DNA of 64,000 nt from Amoeboaphelidium protococcarum X5 (GCA_023515725.1 JALDTO010000162.1:472476-536475), one strand, 5' to 3'. Numbered from the stretch's first letter, positions 38,439 to 52,996 are shown. Made by a program: numbers and translations. The notes: a model not told the origin generated them from the letters alone.

Positions 38439-38924
38439 ATGTCGCATTAGCAACCACTGAAAATGTACATTATAGTGCGACGGGATCTATCTAAGGTATG
38501 ATCATTTTTTATTTTGATCATTAGTAAGTGGTATCTAATATGAGTCCATTGTAGATGCTCAAGTGGCCTGGAGGCGCAGTGATTGCTCAAGCGTGTCACG
38601 CCTCAACTCTCGCTCTGCATCAGTTTAAAGATGACAGTAACACGTCGGAGTACTTGAAGGATGCTCAAAATATGCATAAAGTAGTTTTACAGGTAATTTA
38701 ATGTTCTTTAGCTGGAGATTAGCAAATCATTTATTGATCGAATATCACTGTAGATTGAAGATGAAGCATAATTAAAGCAGCTGTCCAACTCGCTGTCACG
38801 GCGAGGGATTGATCATGTAATGTGGATGGAGCAGCCTGAGAACATCGCTACATGCATAAGCACTAAACCGTATCGCAAAAATGAAATTGGCGACATTCTC
38901 ACCCATTTAAAGTTATACAAGTGA
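38439..38924 (+). CDS. PTRHD1: PTH2-family peptidyl-tRNA hydrolase (PTRHD1-like); introns 38496-38554 and 38693-38753
   Basis: MYIIVRRDL/KWPGGAVIAQACHAS..MHKVVLQ/..WMEQPENIATCISTKPY. Confidence 0.9.
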
Positions 38925-39014
38925 TTTCTCTCGTCAGTTCTCCAATATGTACTCTTCTTTCCTCGTTTATTCCCTTTCATTAACGTTTATTAAGAACCTA
39001 CTGATAGAATTGTG

Positions 39015-39386
39015 ATGAGCACAACTTAGTCTTTTAGAGAGCGAAATTTAATTGCGGCCATTGGAGATGAAGACAGTGTGACTGGACTCCTATTGGCGGG
39101 CATTGGTAATGTCGACCCAGTGTCAAAGGCTTCAAACTTTCTGGTTGTGGATAAGAATACAACGCTGGATCAGATTATCTCCACATTCCAGTAATTCTGT
39201 AAGCGAAAAGATATTGCAATCATTCTTATAAATCAGTACTTGGCTAATGAAATAAGAGATCAGGTGGCAGAGTAGTAGAAGATGGCGTTTCCTGTAATAG
39301 TTGAGATTCCATCGAAAGATTATCCATACGATCCGGCTCAAGATTCCGTGCTGATCAAGATTCAGAAAATGTTTGGTAATGAGTGA
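39015..39386 (+). CDS. VMA7: V-type ATPase subunit F
   Basis: [40 protein letters not shown]. Confidence 0.95.
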
Positions 39387-39485
39387 TGATGATCTTATCA
39401 CGTCAGAATGGATTGTGAAACATTTTACAGATTATATCTATTGTACACGAGTTTCATATTTTTTTATTATTAGGAGGGAAGCCAG

Positions 39486-40646
39486 TCACATCTCGGAGTT
39501 GATTTCAATGACAGACTAAAGAATTTCCGCAGGTTAGTTGTAGTTTGTCCACGCTGATATGATACAATTGCCTTCGTTCTGGTCATCACTAAACATACAG
39601 TATGTAAAGTTTTCGCATCGTTTGAAGAGCTTCTTGTTTTTGGGGTATTGGAGCGATATTTATATTAACTCATTTTGGACACTTTCCACTATACGCTCCA
39701 ACCTGTCTGTATCTAAATCCACTTCATCACGCTATATAAGTCCAACTTCATCCGGCACAATTAACTAACACCCATTGACTATTCGCACAAAGTACACCAG
39801 TCCAGGGAAGCGATGAAGGTAAGGAAGAAGTTGAACACGAGAATATTAAAACTCAACGGCAATATCAAAGTTGGATAACTATGCAAAGTTACTTGCATCG
39901 GAATCATAATCAGGCGGGAGTAATTACACCAAAACAATGTCAGGATCTTTAAGATTTCTCACAGAAATCGCTTTTTTACCTGATACTTTAAGCTTGTACT
40001 CATAAGCTTCAGGTTTTATATACTAGGAGTAAACACTATGAAGAACATTAAACAAACGCAAGAGAGAATTAGACACGTCGCCGTGAACGCATAGAAGCGT
40101 GTCATTGTGGTAGAGAGCCGATGGTAAGCTTTGCATCTAATACAAATCCTGAAGCTAAAGACTTAACTCAGAGTCAGCGATAACATAATCTTTGATAGCC
40201 AAGTCTTGAAAATAACGCGTGTATGGACTCTCTGTAATAGCCTTTAAACAATAATTGATCAGTCCAATCAGCTACGTGTTTTCGTCAAGCAAGTCTATAA
40301 CGCCATCTATATGTAAGTCCTCTAAGCATATACTAATTAGATCAATAACTATATTCGCTACAGATTCCGCACTCGCTTAATTTAGACCACAGCAATAAAA
40401 ATAACCAACATCATCATACAAAGCTTTCATGATGAACTATCCAGAAGATCTATAAAACGAGGCAGCTTTTACCAGGATCCCTTGATTATTATCATCAGTA
40501 TCGTCAGAGCCATCCAGTAACTCTGTCAACAAATTCTAAGTGGTAATCAAAGGCATAAATTATACATCACTGATAACTTTTTGATCTCCACGGTCACCAA
40601 AACAGTATCTGATAATCCCATTCCTATCGAGCAAAATTAGACTCAT
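39486..40646 (-). CDS. Putative HPS1/MON1-like longin-domain protein (BLOC-3 subunit-like)
   Basis: 387 codons open in table 6; FMPLITTQNLL and YLHRFPGLVYFV..QLIVP resemble HPS1 FPGLVHFIYV..QMVAP. Confidence 0.45.
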
Positions 40647-41515
40647 ACTCCACTATAATTTAGCAAAGAAAGGAATAAACGATCTCAAGAGAGTATTCAC
40701 AGCGGAGTACAACAACGCGATACAAAGATATAGAGTAGAGTCTATGCACAGTCTGTTCGCTGATTGTTTACAGATTGCTGCGTGAGTCATTCGAAACAGA
40801 TTAAGCGCCAATAGAAATGTTTTCGGAACATTCCGCGAGCGATACATGGACAATCAATCAGTTGACCAACCAACGAACCAACCAGAGCGCGCTCCCTGAC
40901 GTATGAGGACGATCGCTCAGGTACATACCTCCACACACGCACACATTCATCCCTTGACGCGAATCTCGTGAAAACATTCGTATTATTACCCCGATCCGCC
41001 CGCCCGCACGCACGCCGCCGCCATTTCGCGATTGTTGTAAGATAGATAGATTTCATCATTATCATCGTCTTCTCTGTTGATTGACGACATTAAGGCTTTG
41101 ACTCTGTCCTCTTTTGTCTTGCGTAAGGGCTTCACATTGTTATCATTATTACAAGAGATAGCACTCCTTCTCTTTCTACAATCGCTGTCACTGTGAGATT
41201 AGTCTATAATCTTTCGTCATATCGTCGTCGATTACTGTGCTCTCTCTTTACAGTATACAATACACAATCTGAATAAATCTGGCGTGATCATAGCTGCACA
41301 CCCCACTTCTATAAAATTGAACTATTTGTTGTTGTTGAAACTCCGAGATATAGAAGGTTGATTGTAGTAGACTACATTGAGATTGCCAAAAGACATCATA
41401 GTATTATTATAAATTTTGGATATTAGAGCAATAAGTTGCACATTCGATAGTGGTGAGCTTTACTAGTCTTCGTATATATAATAAACCTACAGTTAGTTTA
41501 AGTTTTGAGTGATAA

Positions 41516-42661
41516 ATGGCCGATAAATATTATAATGGTGTTGCTGTGACTGCTCCGGTAGCTCCTAGATGGTAGTAGCAAAGGAAATATACATCATCAG
41601 CATCTACATCTCTGGACCCTTCGCTGATATCCTCTGTGTAGTCTACTGGAGCCTCATGGCGCAAGATTGCCAGGCCATGTGAGCAGATTCAGTAATATCA
41701 ATCCTTTAGTTCTAGTTAAATACCGGATGATTATGGTGGTATTAAGGTATCTACTCCATAAATGAGAATGGGAGGTCAAGACCGGCTGAGCTAGAATGAA
41801 ATTTCAGTGGTTGGATGGAGTGATGACCAGCGTGTGTGGCAGCAATAGTCATCAGTATCGAATAATGGCGGTACACATTAGACTTAACCTTTCAATCGGT
41901 ATGAGAGCAGAAGTAATGGAAGTAGTAATACTAGCGACAACAACATTGGCGGTGGTAATATTGTTCACAGTCAACCTACAGTAGTGGACAAGGGGTACGT
42001 ACAGTCGATATGGAGTAGCCACGACGAGAAGGAGTATTTGCATAGAACTAGAAGCTCTGATATCAGCTATAAGAAGCATTCCCATTATTCGCATAATCAT
42101 CATTAATAGTCTCAACAGTTATCATTGCATCATAATCACTCCATGTACAATGGATCGTCCGTGCCTGATCTGACATCATGCGGATCTCAGTTTGATGATG
42201 TGAAGAGCATCAAGAGTGATTTATCTTCACCTGCTGTGAGAAGTGATTTGTCTGTAAGATCGATAGATGGTGGTAGAAGTGGCGGTGGATCTATGTTCTA
42301 GTACTATCCGCAGTCTGAGCCTGACAGCACGCGTAAATGGATAAAGGTGAAGTAGCCAGAGTTGCTGCCATACCAACATTGGAATAAGCATCTGAATGCT
42401 CAGATTATGCCGCTTGGTAATCCCCGACATTTGAAGGGAAAGATGCAGTAGAATAATGGCAGTAACGTAGGAGATAGCCATGGTGATGACGCGTAGTAGT
42501 TGCAATAATAGCAATAGTTTACCGGATTTATAGTTGGACGTCAAGACTACAATAACAGCAACAATAACTATAATAATAATGTGAAAGGTACGAGGAATTA
42601 TCAACATCGCTATCAGCATTAACAATAATAGCAGAGACCATAGCGAGAGTATCAATACTGA
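41516..42661 (+). CDS. Low-complexity Q/S/H-rich disordered protein
   Basis: ATG..TGA frame of ~382 codons in table 6 with Gln runs of mixed CAR/TAR codons; no domain recognised. Confidence 0.55.
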
Positions 42662-42796
42662 CGCCAGCAGGATCTTGACTGATCATAGTTCAAGTTTCGT
42701 ATTATCTAACTGAGAATAAATAAATAAAAAAACAAAAAACTTAAATAGTGGGCAGATTGGGATGAGCTTAATATATATTTTAGTAATAAAAGTATT

Positions 42797-44356
42797 TCAT
42801 TTATTTTGACGCTTACGCTGCTTCTTACCACCTTCTACGGCCAATGCGTGTCCAGTGGCTTCAATGTGTCGAAATAACTTGTTCCTGGTCTCAAATTGCA
42901 TTGAACATACATTACATGCCAGTCCTTAAGATGATGAATATTGCGCATTCTTGGCTGTGTCCCTTCTAGAACCGCTCTTTTTTGTCTAATTTTATGAGAC
43001 TTTATCTACTTGAGTACCGGCAGACTGGCGCTCTTCCTATTAATCACCTTTATGCTACTTTTCATCTTGATCTGATATTTCTATAGATTTAATTCCCACC
43101 ACTACTTCAGGCTCACCGTACTCGCTACCAGAAGATAAAAGCTCTGTGGATGAATTACTCGATGAAGCAGATTAGTCCACATCCTGCTCTTGATCAAAGG
43201 CACCATTGTCCATTGATCCGTCATCAGATTCAATAAGAGTCTAATAATCTTATTATTCATCTAAAGGAGATTTTGACGCGTCTTGAACTTCTTCAGAACT
43301 TGCATCAGCGTCATTTAATTAATTGTATAATTCCTCATCCTTGAGCATCTGTTGCCTTACCAGCTTCTCCATCTTTTAATGCTTCTTACTTCGCTCATGA
43401 TTACTTAGCTATTTATCAGACTTAAAACTTTTATCACACAGTACGCAGTAGAAGTCTTATTCAAACGAGTCATCTTCATTAAAATCGCCATCATTGACAT
43501 CAGCATTGCCAGATTAATAAACATCTTCATACTCTTCATCCAACAGCTGGTCTAGGCGATCTTCATCAACCTTCATCCATTCCTACTCTTAAAAGAATTC
43601 TCCCTTCCGAAGCAGTTCCGCTCTCTCTTCAGCCACTCTACGCCTTTCAATGGTCTACCTGGCCTCCTATGCAGCTTTCGCTTCTTCATGCAATCGTTTC
43701 CACCGCTCATCACGTCGCTGCACAAACTTGGTTAGAGCTCGGACACTATCATTATACTCGCGCTTGGCCTGCTCTCTGAACTTCTTATTCTCTTTACCAA
43801 CCACACGGCGAACGCGTCGATTATGTTCATCAGCTGTGCGATACTTGTCGACCCAGGCGAAGTCTAGCGAGGTGGAAAACGACGTCCAGTAACTGTAGAA
43901 GGCCTTCAGAGTCTAATAATCAGTATCTAAGGAGCCAAATGACATCTGGAACATGTCGCTGTTACCCGCCTTGATTTCCTGCTATACAAGCTCTTCATAC
44001 ACGCTCCTGTACACGGCATAAAATCCGTTCGGACCATCATTGTAGCCATCATATACAGATGTAGAGAAGTAATGATTAACATCCACAATATCCTCGAAAG
44101 AATGCTACTATTCCACTTAATCTTTAGAGTTTCTAAGAATTTAATTTCTATGACTATCATACCAAGATCGCTCCTGGGGATCAGATAGAATATCATAAGC
44201 TTCTTGAATCAATCTAAATCGACTTGTCGCCTCATCAACCTTGTCCGAATTCTTATCAGGATGCCACTATAAAGCCATTTTCCTATAAGCCTTCTTAATC
44301 TCATCATCTTACGCTGTTCGCGCCACTCCTAGCACCTCATAATGACACTGCTTCAT
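42797..44356 (-). CDS. JJJ1: J-domain protein with C2H2 fingers (JJJ1/DNAJC21)
   Basis: [34 protein letters not shown]; [19 protein letters not shown]; C-terminal second finger; 520 codons. Confidence 0.92.
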
Positions 44357-44544
44357 ATCTATATCTATCACTGTGATTAATTTTTAAAAAGTTAAGAAAA
44401 ACGACAGTGTAGTATAATTGAAGTAAAAATGGAAAAGACGTTAGTTGACGATTAAACTCCCAACAACAATTCGTGTCAAAGCAGTTAAGTTTATATGCCT
44501 TCGTTATTATCATTATCAAGTATGTACCAAACTCACTCCACAAT

Positions 44545-47216
44545 TCAAGGACCAGAGACCACCTACTTCACCAAGCTCCTTGACCATCTGATAACTTCGC
44601 GTGTTTGAACAGAGAACGATCTGTCAGCTCTCGCCTCTTTAAAGAAAGCTTCCACCCACGCGCCAGTGAGAAACTATTTCAGATCAGCGCCCATCGCGTC
44701 GGCCATGTCGCCCAACAGACCAATGGCACCTCTCACAAGTGGCTCCGTCTTGTTCTGATCTTGGAAGATCTCATACACAAAGGCAAGCATCGTTTCCGCG
44801 TACTACAGCAGCAGCTTGCCCTTGCCGTTCATTTTGAAGCCTTAGACGATTCCGGTCAATGCTTCCAAAATACCTTCTCGCAACGTGCACACATAGTCAA
44901 CCATGTCCAAATCATGTGGTTCGGCCTACATCTGAGCAGCCTATTGCAATACAGTCATTGTGACTTGCAAGAATGGCTCAAACTTTGATTCAATCGCCAG
45001 GGATATGTCTCCAAAACACGATAGAATAGGCGGCTTCACCTCCCTGTGCAACACTTCACTTTACAGATTTTGGACTAGCAGTGTCATAAATTTCTCGCAG
45101 TACACTACCACTTGATCATTCAATGCACGACAAAGATCTCCGACAACGCCGACGGCAATTTAACACAATTAATGCTCAGTATGGTTCTACAACGCCTGGC
45201 AAAGGAAGGGTACAAACATATCTGCATAGCGCTAAAAGTCCTGCCCCATGCAGTTAATAAGGACTCCAATAGCTACAAAGACATCTTCCACAGTCGTGGT
45301 ATTTTTCGAAGATTAAGTGAGAATCTTCAGCAGAGAAGTCATGATGCGATCAGAGTACGTCGTAATTCCTCTTTTTAATCTTCTGGCCAAGCTTTATACT
45401 ACAGAACACAGGGCAAGTTACAGCTCAGCCTGTTCATTCAGATCGTCCGCTCCCAGCGCCTAGCTTCCTTATTGTATAGAAAACTCCAGTCGCGAGAGAA
45501 CTACGTTGGCCGCATTATCGACAGTTTTAAGACAATCCTAGGCACAGTATTAAATGAAATTAGCCAGCGCTTCATACGCGGAAGTCTTCAGCTAATGCTC
45601 GACTGCATCACTTCTCTGGGCCGCATTTAAAAGTGCATTCACCGCGGCATCAAAGAAAGGTGACAGAGCATACGTCACCTCGTCCTGGTCATCGACACCC
45701 AGTTCATTAGCCAAATTCATCAATGCCCAAGAAGCACTAGCAGCCACCTTAGGGGAGTCTTATAGAGCTCTAAGCAGCGCCTCAATGACCGAGGTAAGCA
45801 TCTGACTGCCTTTAATACATGCTGAATGTAATTCACAAATCTTGCCCAAAGTCCAAGCGGCTCCATCTTTTACTTGCACATTCTGATCACTCATCAACTG
45901 CAGTAGAACTGGCATTGCCTAAGTAATCAGCTGCTGTAGGATCTAGCTATCCGGACCATTTAGGATGGAGCCAAACGCCATAACTGAAGCTTCTCTCAAT
46001 CTCCACTCTGACTTGGTGATGTTAGCCTCAACAAATGGGACAACCAGTGGTACAACATCGTTCTAAATACACTCAGCAAACAGAGACAGAGCAGTAGCGC
46101 CAGCCATAAAAGGCGTCCATTCATCCTCGTCTATACCCTCTTCCTATTAAGTCAACAGTTGCAATAAGACAGGCACAACATTAGGAGCAGCAGCTCTAGC
46201 AAAGTTCTGACTGACTCTTTCTGGTTACTCACCAAACTCCATAGCCTCCTCTGCTTCTTCCATCAACGCGATTTCTTCATCACACACGGTTGACCAGAAT
46301 TCTATGGCCTATAGCGCAATGTTAGTGTCTTGGCTAGTCATTCCATTGATAGTCAGCCCAAATAGAGCTTGTCGCATGTATACCAGCATATGATCATAGT
46401 ACAGAGACATTATTCTGACCAGACACTCAAATGCGGCACTCACAACTTCTCCACTCTCGGTAACTGTGGTGGCCTCACAAACAACTTGCATTATAAAGTC
46501 GCGCTCCTTTGGATTGTCGAAATTGCGCCTAATAAACTCTAAAGAATTGGTCATAGCTTTAAGAGCAGCGATAAGAATAGCGGGACTCTAACCTTTACGC
46601 GCACCTTGCACAACTGCAGTCAGAATTTCATTGGAATAATTCTCCAAGGCTTCAGGTGCCACTTCTTCACAAAGGAAACCGATTGTCTGTAATGTGGCCT
46701 ACTTTAATTCATTAGAACTTGACTACGCAGCGACATTATTCATTAGCGTCTAGATAAGTTCCGGCCATGCATTCATAGGCAACTCTATGGCTGCAATCAC
46801 AGCAATGGCCTAACCAGCAGTAGTGGTCACCAGCTTTTCAGTGGCAGTCAGAGCCGAGAGAGTCAACTGCTTCACCTGACTCTTGACACCGCTATCAACA
46901 GTCTGCCATTTCTACTGTAATAACACTCGTCTAGCAAAATCCTTGGCTGTTAAATTATTCTTCAATTGCAGACCAGCAGCAGATCTCATGGCTGGCGCCT
47001 GGTCTCCTCTAGCCAGCTCAGTGGCAAGACCCAACACAAATTGTCCAAAGTTCTCCTACGCGGCTTATTGCAACTGACGCAAAGCCTGGTCTCTTTCAGA
47101 CTGGACTACATAATTCAAGATTAAATTCACAATTCATTATACTCCGTCACGTAACTTGATCAAGTCATACCTGGTGAGAGAGTCTTGGCAAAAATCTACC
47201 CAAAGTTAACGATCAT
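44545..47216 (-). CDS. KAP95: Importin subunit beta-1; intron 47106-47170
   Basis: [58 protein letters not shown]. Confidence 0.95.
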
Positions 47217-47721
47217 ATTTCTATTTAATCGAGGTGATGTATAAAGTTCAGAAAGAAGACAAGATCTCAGTTAGCACTTGTCTGCTCGTTGAATGAAAAA
47301 AGATTCACCGCGTTCAAGACAGACGGCGGAAAGCAAAACACCGAGCGCAATGGACGAACAAATACTAAACTTCTCTCGGCTATCTCGAAGCGCAATTCTC
47401 GTTGAAAATAATCCGTTTTTGGGAAAACACGGAAAAAGCCAGGAGGATGATTGAATGCTTCTCTTCGAGTTCGAGGTTGAAAGCAAGCAGTGGCGAAAAC
47501 TTTAGACGCGTTTCAACAACCGTCCGTCTTGATTGCCGAGTTGATTGACAACCGCGCGATGTGATTTGTGTTGGGAAGTGAAACGGGCCTCATATCAGAG
47601 CAACAGCTTATAAATAGCCCTGATTTTACACAAATGCTATAATCAACAATTATTTACAGATGCCATATTTTCTTTTTACATTTATTCAATGCATTAGCAA
47701 AATTATAACAATACTGTAATC

Positions 47722-50301
47722 ATGGAATTGGTGTAAGAATCAGATCGAAACGTCAACGGTGGAATGGATCAGCAGCTATTACATGCCAAAACCCAAGCAT
47801 CAGATATCCAGTCATCACAGTAACTAGTGCTTAAAAGTTCCACTATTGCAGTGGTTAACAACGCAGAACAGTCAATTTAATAGCAACAGTAACAACAGGT
47901 TCATTCGTAAATTTTATAGAAGAGAAAGGTGAGTTAAATGAAGGCTCGTAAATCGGCACCTGAAAAGTTTGATCAGCAGAAGCTGGCTCTATCCTCTAGA
48001 GTTGATAATGGCAGTAAACTCTCTCCTACACCTGAAAGCCCGTAAAGTCCATCATAGAAGCCATTGTCGCGTAGAGGACACAAGAAACTTAAATCTGGAG
48101 ATAGGCGAAGGATCCGCGAGAGTTTGAAGGAGAGTTAGAAGAAACTGTTGAACTAGGGTGGGCCTGCATCATTCGTGCTGGGACCACCAGTACATTCATA
48201 ATAGCGAAAATCCTCATTAAGTTACCGAAAGTCATTGTCAATGAACGATTTATAGAGGGAGCATAGTGTATTATTTTCCACAGATCTGTTAACTGACATA
48301 AGCGCGACGACGTAGAGCAGAAATTAGAAAGGTTTAGCTTAATCAGATGTCAAACGTCAAGAGAAAGCTTAAGCAGCAGCGATTACCATACAGCGCTATT
48401 ACAGATTCTATAGAATGAAAAGACATTATGGTCTCATGCTAGATAAAATGTAATAGAGTCGTAATCTGTCATTGATTAAGGAAAGCAGACGAAAAAGTGT
48501 CATGTTAATGCTCGCTCATGCTAATTAGATCAGTCCATCGTAAGAGTTGCTTTTGAGGTTTCAACTGGAATCATAAACGTCACCAAGCTCAGAGACCTAG
48601 ATTCAGCTTGATACTTAGACATCAATGCTACAGTCAAATGAGATGCTGGATGCATAGAAGGAGAAAAAAGCGATTAGAAAAGTCACCAACTTATTTAACG
48701 AGAATCCATCCAAGGGAATATAAAGCGCGATTTAAATTGCCCAATGTGGCCCCGATTCTAAAGATGTCGCAAAATTTTTATTAACCCATCCAGGACTATC
48801 CAAAATCAAGATTGGGGAGTATCTTGGCATAGGCGATTCCATTTCAAATTAAGTGCTCCATCATTTTGTTGATGAATTAGATTTTTAAAATCTATCGTTT
48901 GATGATGCGCTCAGAATGCTATTGTAGACATTCCGACTGCCAGGAGAAGCGCAGAAGATCGATCGTATTATGAATGAGTTTGCTCGAAAGTTTTGTCAAG
49001 ACAACTCAGACGTGTTTCAGTCACCAGACACTGCTTATATTTTGGCGTTTAGTTTGATTATGCTGAACACTGATGCTCATAATCCGAATGTGAAGAAGAA
49101 AATGTCAGTGACTGACTTTCTGCGCAATAATCGCGGTATTAATAATAAGGAAGATCTCCCTCGTCCTTTTATGGAGTAACTCTATTATAACATCATTAAC
49201 AATGAGATCAAGATGAATGATCATGATGGTGAGTGGCATTTTCGTGATATTCTATCCAAGCTGGAGGGAAAACAAGATGCTCTTCAGACAGCGGGGCGTG
49301 AAGTACTTGCTGAATTCACTGCATACCAAATTCCTGATATAGGCAAGCCAAACACTCATCGGCACGAGAGAACTTTATTTGTCTGCAATGATTTACTTTT
49401 GATCGTTAAGCCGCGACACGGAATGCAGTTGAGCTAATATGTGACAATGTAAAGTGATTCGCTCGCGTCCATATCGAGATCTAATCTATAAAGGAACGTG
49501 GCTGAGTTGAAAGAGCGCGAACAGCAATACTCCGTTAGAGAGAGGGTGTCTAGTGCTAGTGGAACTGTTTCGTCTCGTCCTAGCAGTGCAGCGGCTGGTG
49601 GAAGATACTAATTTAGATACTTTTTCAATTATATCACAATGTCGGCTCTATCGAAAAGTTCTGCCTGTCATCCATTTATTGTCCAGTTGGTGAATATTAA
49701 TGGACATCTGATTGATCTTGGCTTCAGTCATAAAGAAGAGTAGGAGCGCTTTCTGGAAGTACTGCGCGCTCAGATCGAAGATGAAGAGGAGAGGGAGTTG
49801 GATAAGAAACGAAAGTTATCTGAGCTTACCATTAGCAGAGCTGAAGCTGCCAAGTTTATGATTGAGAAAACATACTCGCTCAAAGATCTAAGCTATGATG
49901 AGCTTTCGCATTCTTAAAGCTCAATCACTGATGAATCTGCAGGCTAAGGTTAGCTGGCTCCGAGGCACCGATTTTCTCAGTATGGAAGCTTACGAGATGC
50001 GCGTACAGCCTTAAAAGCCCAGGCAGCGTTCTTGCGCGGCAAATCCAGTAAGAAGACTGCCCAAGAAGCTAAGGCTGTTGAGTAGATCTAGACTGATCTG
50101 AAAGCTTTCAGTGTGCAATACAAGTTGTCAGTTCCGTCGCCCAGTCCACAGAATGCCAATCACCCGGCGAATGATGCTTTGATTGAGGCGGATGAGTTGT
50201 CGCCGCCATTGTAGAGTAGTAACGACAATCTGGCAAAGGGTGATGGTAGACTAAGAATACGACGGAAAACTATTACAGATTTGAGCACACTAGGAAATTG
50301 A
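47722..50301 (+). CDS. ARF guanine-nucleotide exchange factor, IQ + Sec7 + PH-like (IQSEC/BRAG-like)
   Basis: IQ motif AAITIQRYYRFY; Sec7 FRLPGEAQKIDRIM, AYILAFSLIMLNTDAHNP; PH-like HERTLFVCNDLLLI. Confidence 0.85.
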
Positions 50302-50475
50302 ATTTGAATGAATCAGAAAAAAGGTCATCTATCTGGTTATCCTTGTTTCAGTCGCTCATGTTCTAGAATGTTCTACTTGTTTCCCGATTAAAACCACCAT
50401 CTGATTATATAATGGCGGTTTTATCCCGTATCATTACTTCTTGTTTATTACTTTTTGAATATCATTAAGAACATA

Positions 50476-51093
50476 ATGTTTGCATACTATCCTTGCTATT
50501 ATCAAGATACTCCTCTGGTGTTTGGTACACCTTCATATGCTCAACAGAACTGGTATCCAGAATACGCGGTGCATGATTGGTGCCCTCAACCTCAGCGAAG
50601 AAGGAAGACTCCAAAGCGCAGACATAGATCTCCCTAATACTCTCAATAAAGCATCGCTGCTGCAAGTGTTATCCAAAGAGCATACAGATCTTATACTTTG
50701 AGAAAGCGATTGCATGCTTTAGCTGTGATTCGTCGATTCTTAGATCGCGTGGCTATTAAATTGGAAGTATAACGTTAGATAATCCCGCCTCTGAAATAAG
50801 TATAGAAAATCCAGTAAGAGTTGAATGACATTAACGATCTGCACTGCGATGTATTCTGGGGCAATCTCAGCTTTATAAATGGGCAACTCGATTACTCTAA
50901 TGCGAATAACAAATCGTTCTTGCTATATGAAGATAAGTTGACCAAGTTGCTACTGAAGCTGGACTCTATTTAATCCAATGGCCACGAAGAAGTCCAGACT
51001 CGAAGGAAAGCTGCTATAAAGAAAGTCTAACAGTGCCTTACTGAATGTGACAACTACAGAGCAGAACAGATGCACAGTGCAATGGACCAGTGA
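50476..51093 (+). CDS. IQ-motif/BAG-domain co-chaperone
   Basis: AASVIQRAYR (IQ); EDKLTKLLLKLDSIQSNGHEEVQTRRKAAIKKVQ (BAG). Confidence 0.85.
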
Positions 51094-51147
51094 ACAAAAA
51101 ATATCGTGTTAAATAAATCATTATCTTCTATATTTGTTTATTATAAC

Positions 51148-51738
51148 TCACATTTACTATCTTAATTTCGCTGCCCAATGCTTAGTAGTGCGAGGAATTA
51201 CACCAAGACTGACCGCGAAATTTATAGTCTTGACCAACCTGCGCTGGTTTCCCGACGATAAACCAGTTACCCTCCGCGGCAGTACCTAACCCAAATCATT
51301 AACGTATTCAGAGAGGAATATAGCATTCTTGTATTCTCTGGACACGTCGACTCCAGTTTTGGTCATCCAATCGGCCTTACGCGCAACACTATCATTAGAA
51401 CTTTGTGTTTTCCAGTACCACATATCATGGACGCGACTGTATCTATTACGCGCATTAAATTCGCTTATGGAAGAGTTCAAATCTATATCAGAATACGTAT
51501 GACCAGATTCAAATTTCAGTTTCCGATCGCCATGATTAGCGCTGCTAGAGGTCTAATCAATCAACTCTGCCTTGCTCCGGCTACTTTTACTCATGACAGA
51601 GCTTATGGAGTTGGTATTACGTTCAGCGACTATCTTGCTTGTAGACTTGACGTCTGACAGAATCTACTCAATCTCATTATGCGCACTCTTACGCGCTTTG
51701 GCATCATTAGATACACGTCTTATGCAATTTCTAATCAT
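51148..51738 (-). CDS. RSM18: Mitochondrial ribosomal protein bS18m
   Basis: EYKNAIFLSEYVNDLGQVLPRRVTGLSSGNQRRLVKTI. Confidence 0.85.
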
Positions 51739-51873
51739 CTTGAATTTACAGACAGTAGATTTAACTGAGTTTTCTAGAGGATTTTTAATTCTTCTTTGAT
51801 GACGAACGAGCGCGTTGAATTTCGCTTTCACATTAACAGTTTCTGATAAAAAATACAGTAGAAGAGATTTAAA

Positions 51874-52398
51874 ATGTTAAGACTAACGCGTAGACTGTAA
51901 TCTAATCAAGCCGCATATTCAGCCAAGAATCTAGCTGACGCTGCCTCCTAATAGAGTTAGAAGGGATCCTAAAAGACTAAACAGAGAAAGCATCAATAGT
52001 AGTCTGGGAAGGCTTCGAAAAAGCCTGTGCCAAATCAGTAGCTAAAAGTGATGGAAGTTGATGCTCATCCAATAGACACCACCGCTCCATATTAGTACCT
52101 CAAGTCATCATCTGGCTATACATATCGCGATCATTTGACCTTGTTAAATGCTGAGAAGTGTCGATCAGAGAAGTTGCGATCCATGCTCCCTTAAGTGATG
52201 AAGAGTACGGAACATTAGGAGTATCTTTAGTCCATGCTTGACGCGTTAAATATGAATCCACAGTACAGTCTTAAAGATAAAGTGGAAATGCTTGAGCTGG
52301 CATGCGATTTCTTCATCAAGAATTAGGGAGGAAAAACTATTGATTACTAATTTGAAGCATTAAAGGGAACGCCGTAAGAGAAGATAACGCGTATATGA
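51874..52398 (+). CDS. Hypothetical protein, probably mitochondrial
   Basis: 175 codons in table 6; N-terminus MLRLTRRLQSN looks like a presequence. Confidence 0.5.
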
Positions 52399-52462
52399 AA
52401 TACAATTTAAAGTGATACGTTTCCAGCACAAAAACAACGTTTATTCATATAGACTATCTTGA

Positions 52463-52996
52463 TCATACTTTCGGCGTATATCCAGGTGGAAATCCTCTTG
52501 GGTGTGGCATCTTTGTAAAATGAGGCACTACACAATTTAACTTCAATCATAAATAATCTCAGCTTAATAACAAAACTTACCTGCTGTGATAGGCTTCCGG
52601 TGTCCTTTCGGATCTCTACTAAACACGTAATACTTTTCCACAGGCTTCAGATCAGACTACTTCTTCCATTGACCATTTTCAATCTATGACTACAAACACA
52701 CTATCATTATAGTATGATATGATCAGTCCAACCGGAAATCAAAAAATATATTACGCGTGACGAAAATGGAACTTTAGATTCGAGCAGTGCCTATATCACA
52801 GAGTCGACCTACTTGAGCCGCTTTCTGACATTTCTCTTCTGTGTGTGACTAAGGAAGAATGGCCTTCTTGCAAATCTACCCAATTATTAAATTAATTAGT
52901 TATCAGCAATAACGTGTCTTTTAGATTTACAGTAACAACAGTTTACCTCACTTGACCCACCTGAGCAATAAATGAAGGTTTAAACGCGCCAAACAT
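52463..52996 (-). CDS. MRPL31: Mitochondrial ribosomal protein mL60, several introns
   Basis: MFGAFKPS..PFFLSHTQKRNVRKRLKQVDSVI..EKYYVFSRDPKGHRKPI..VPHFTK. Confidence 0.8.
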
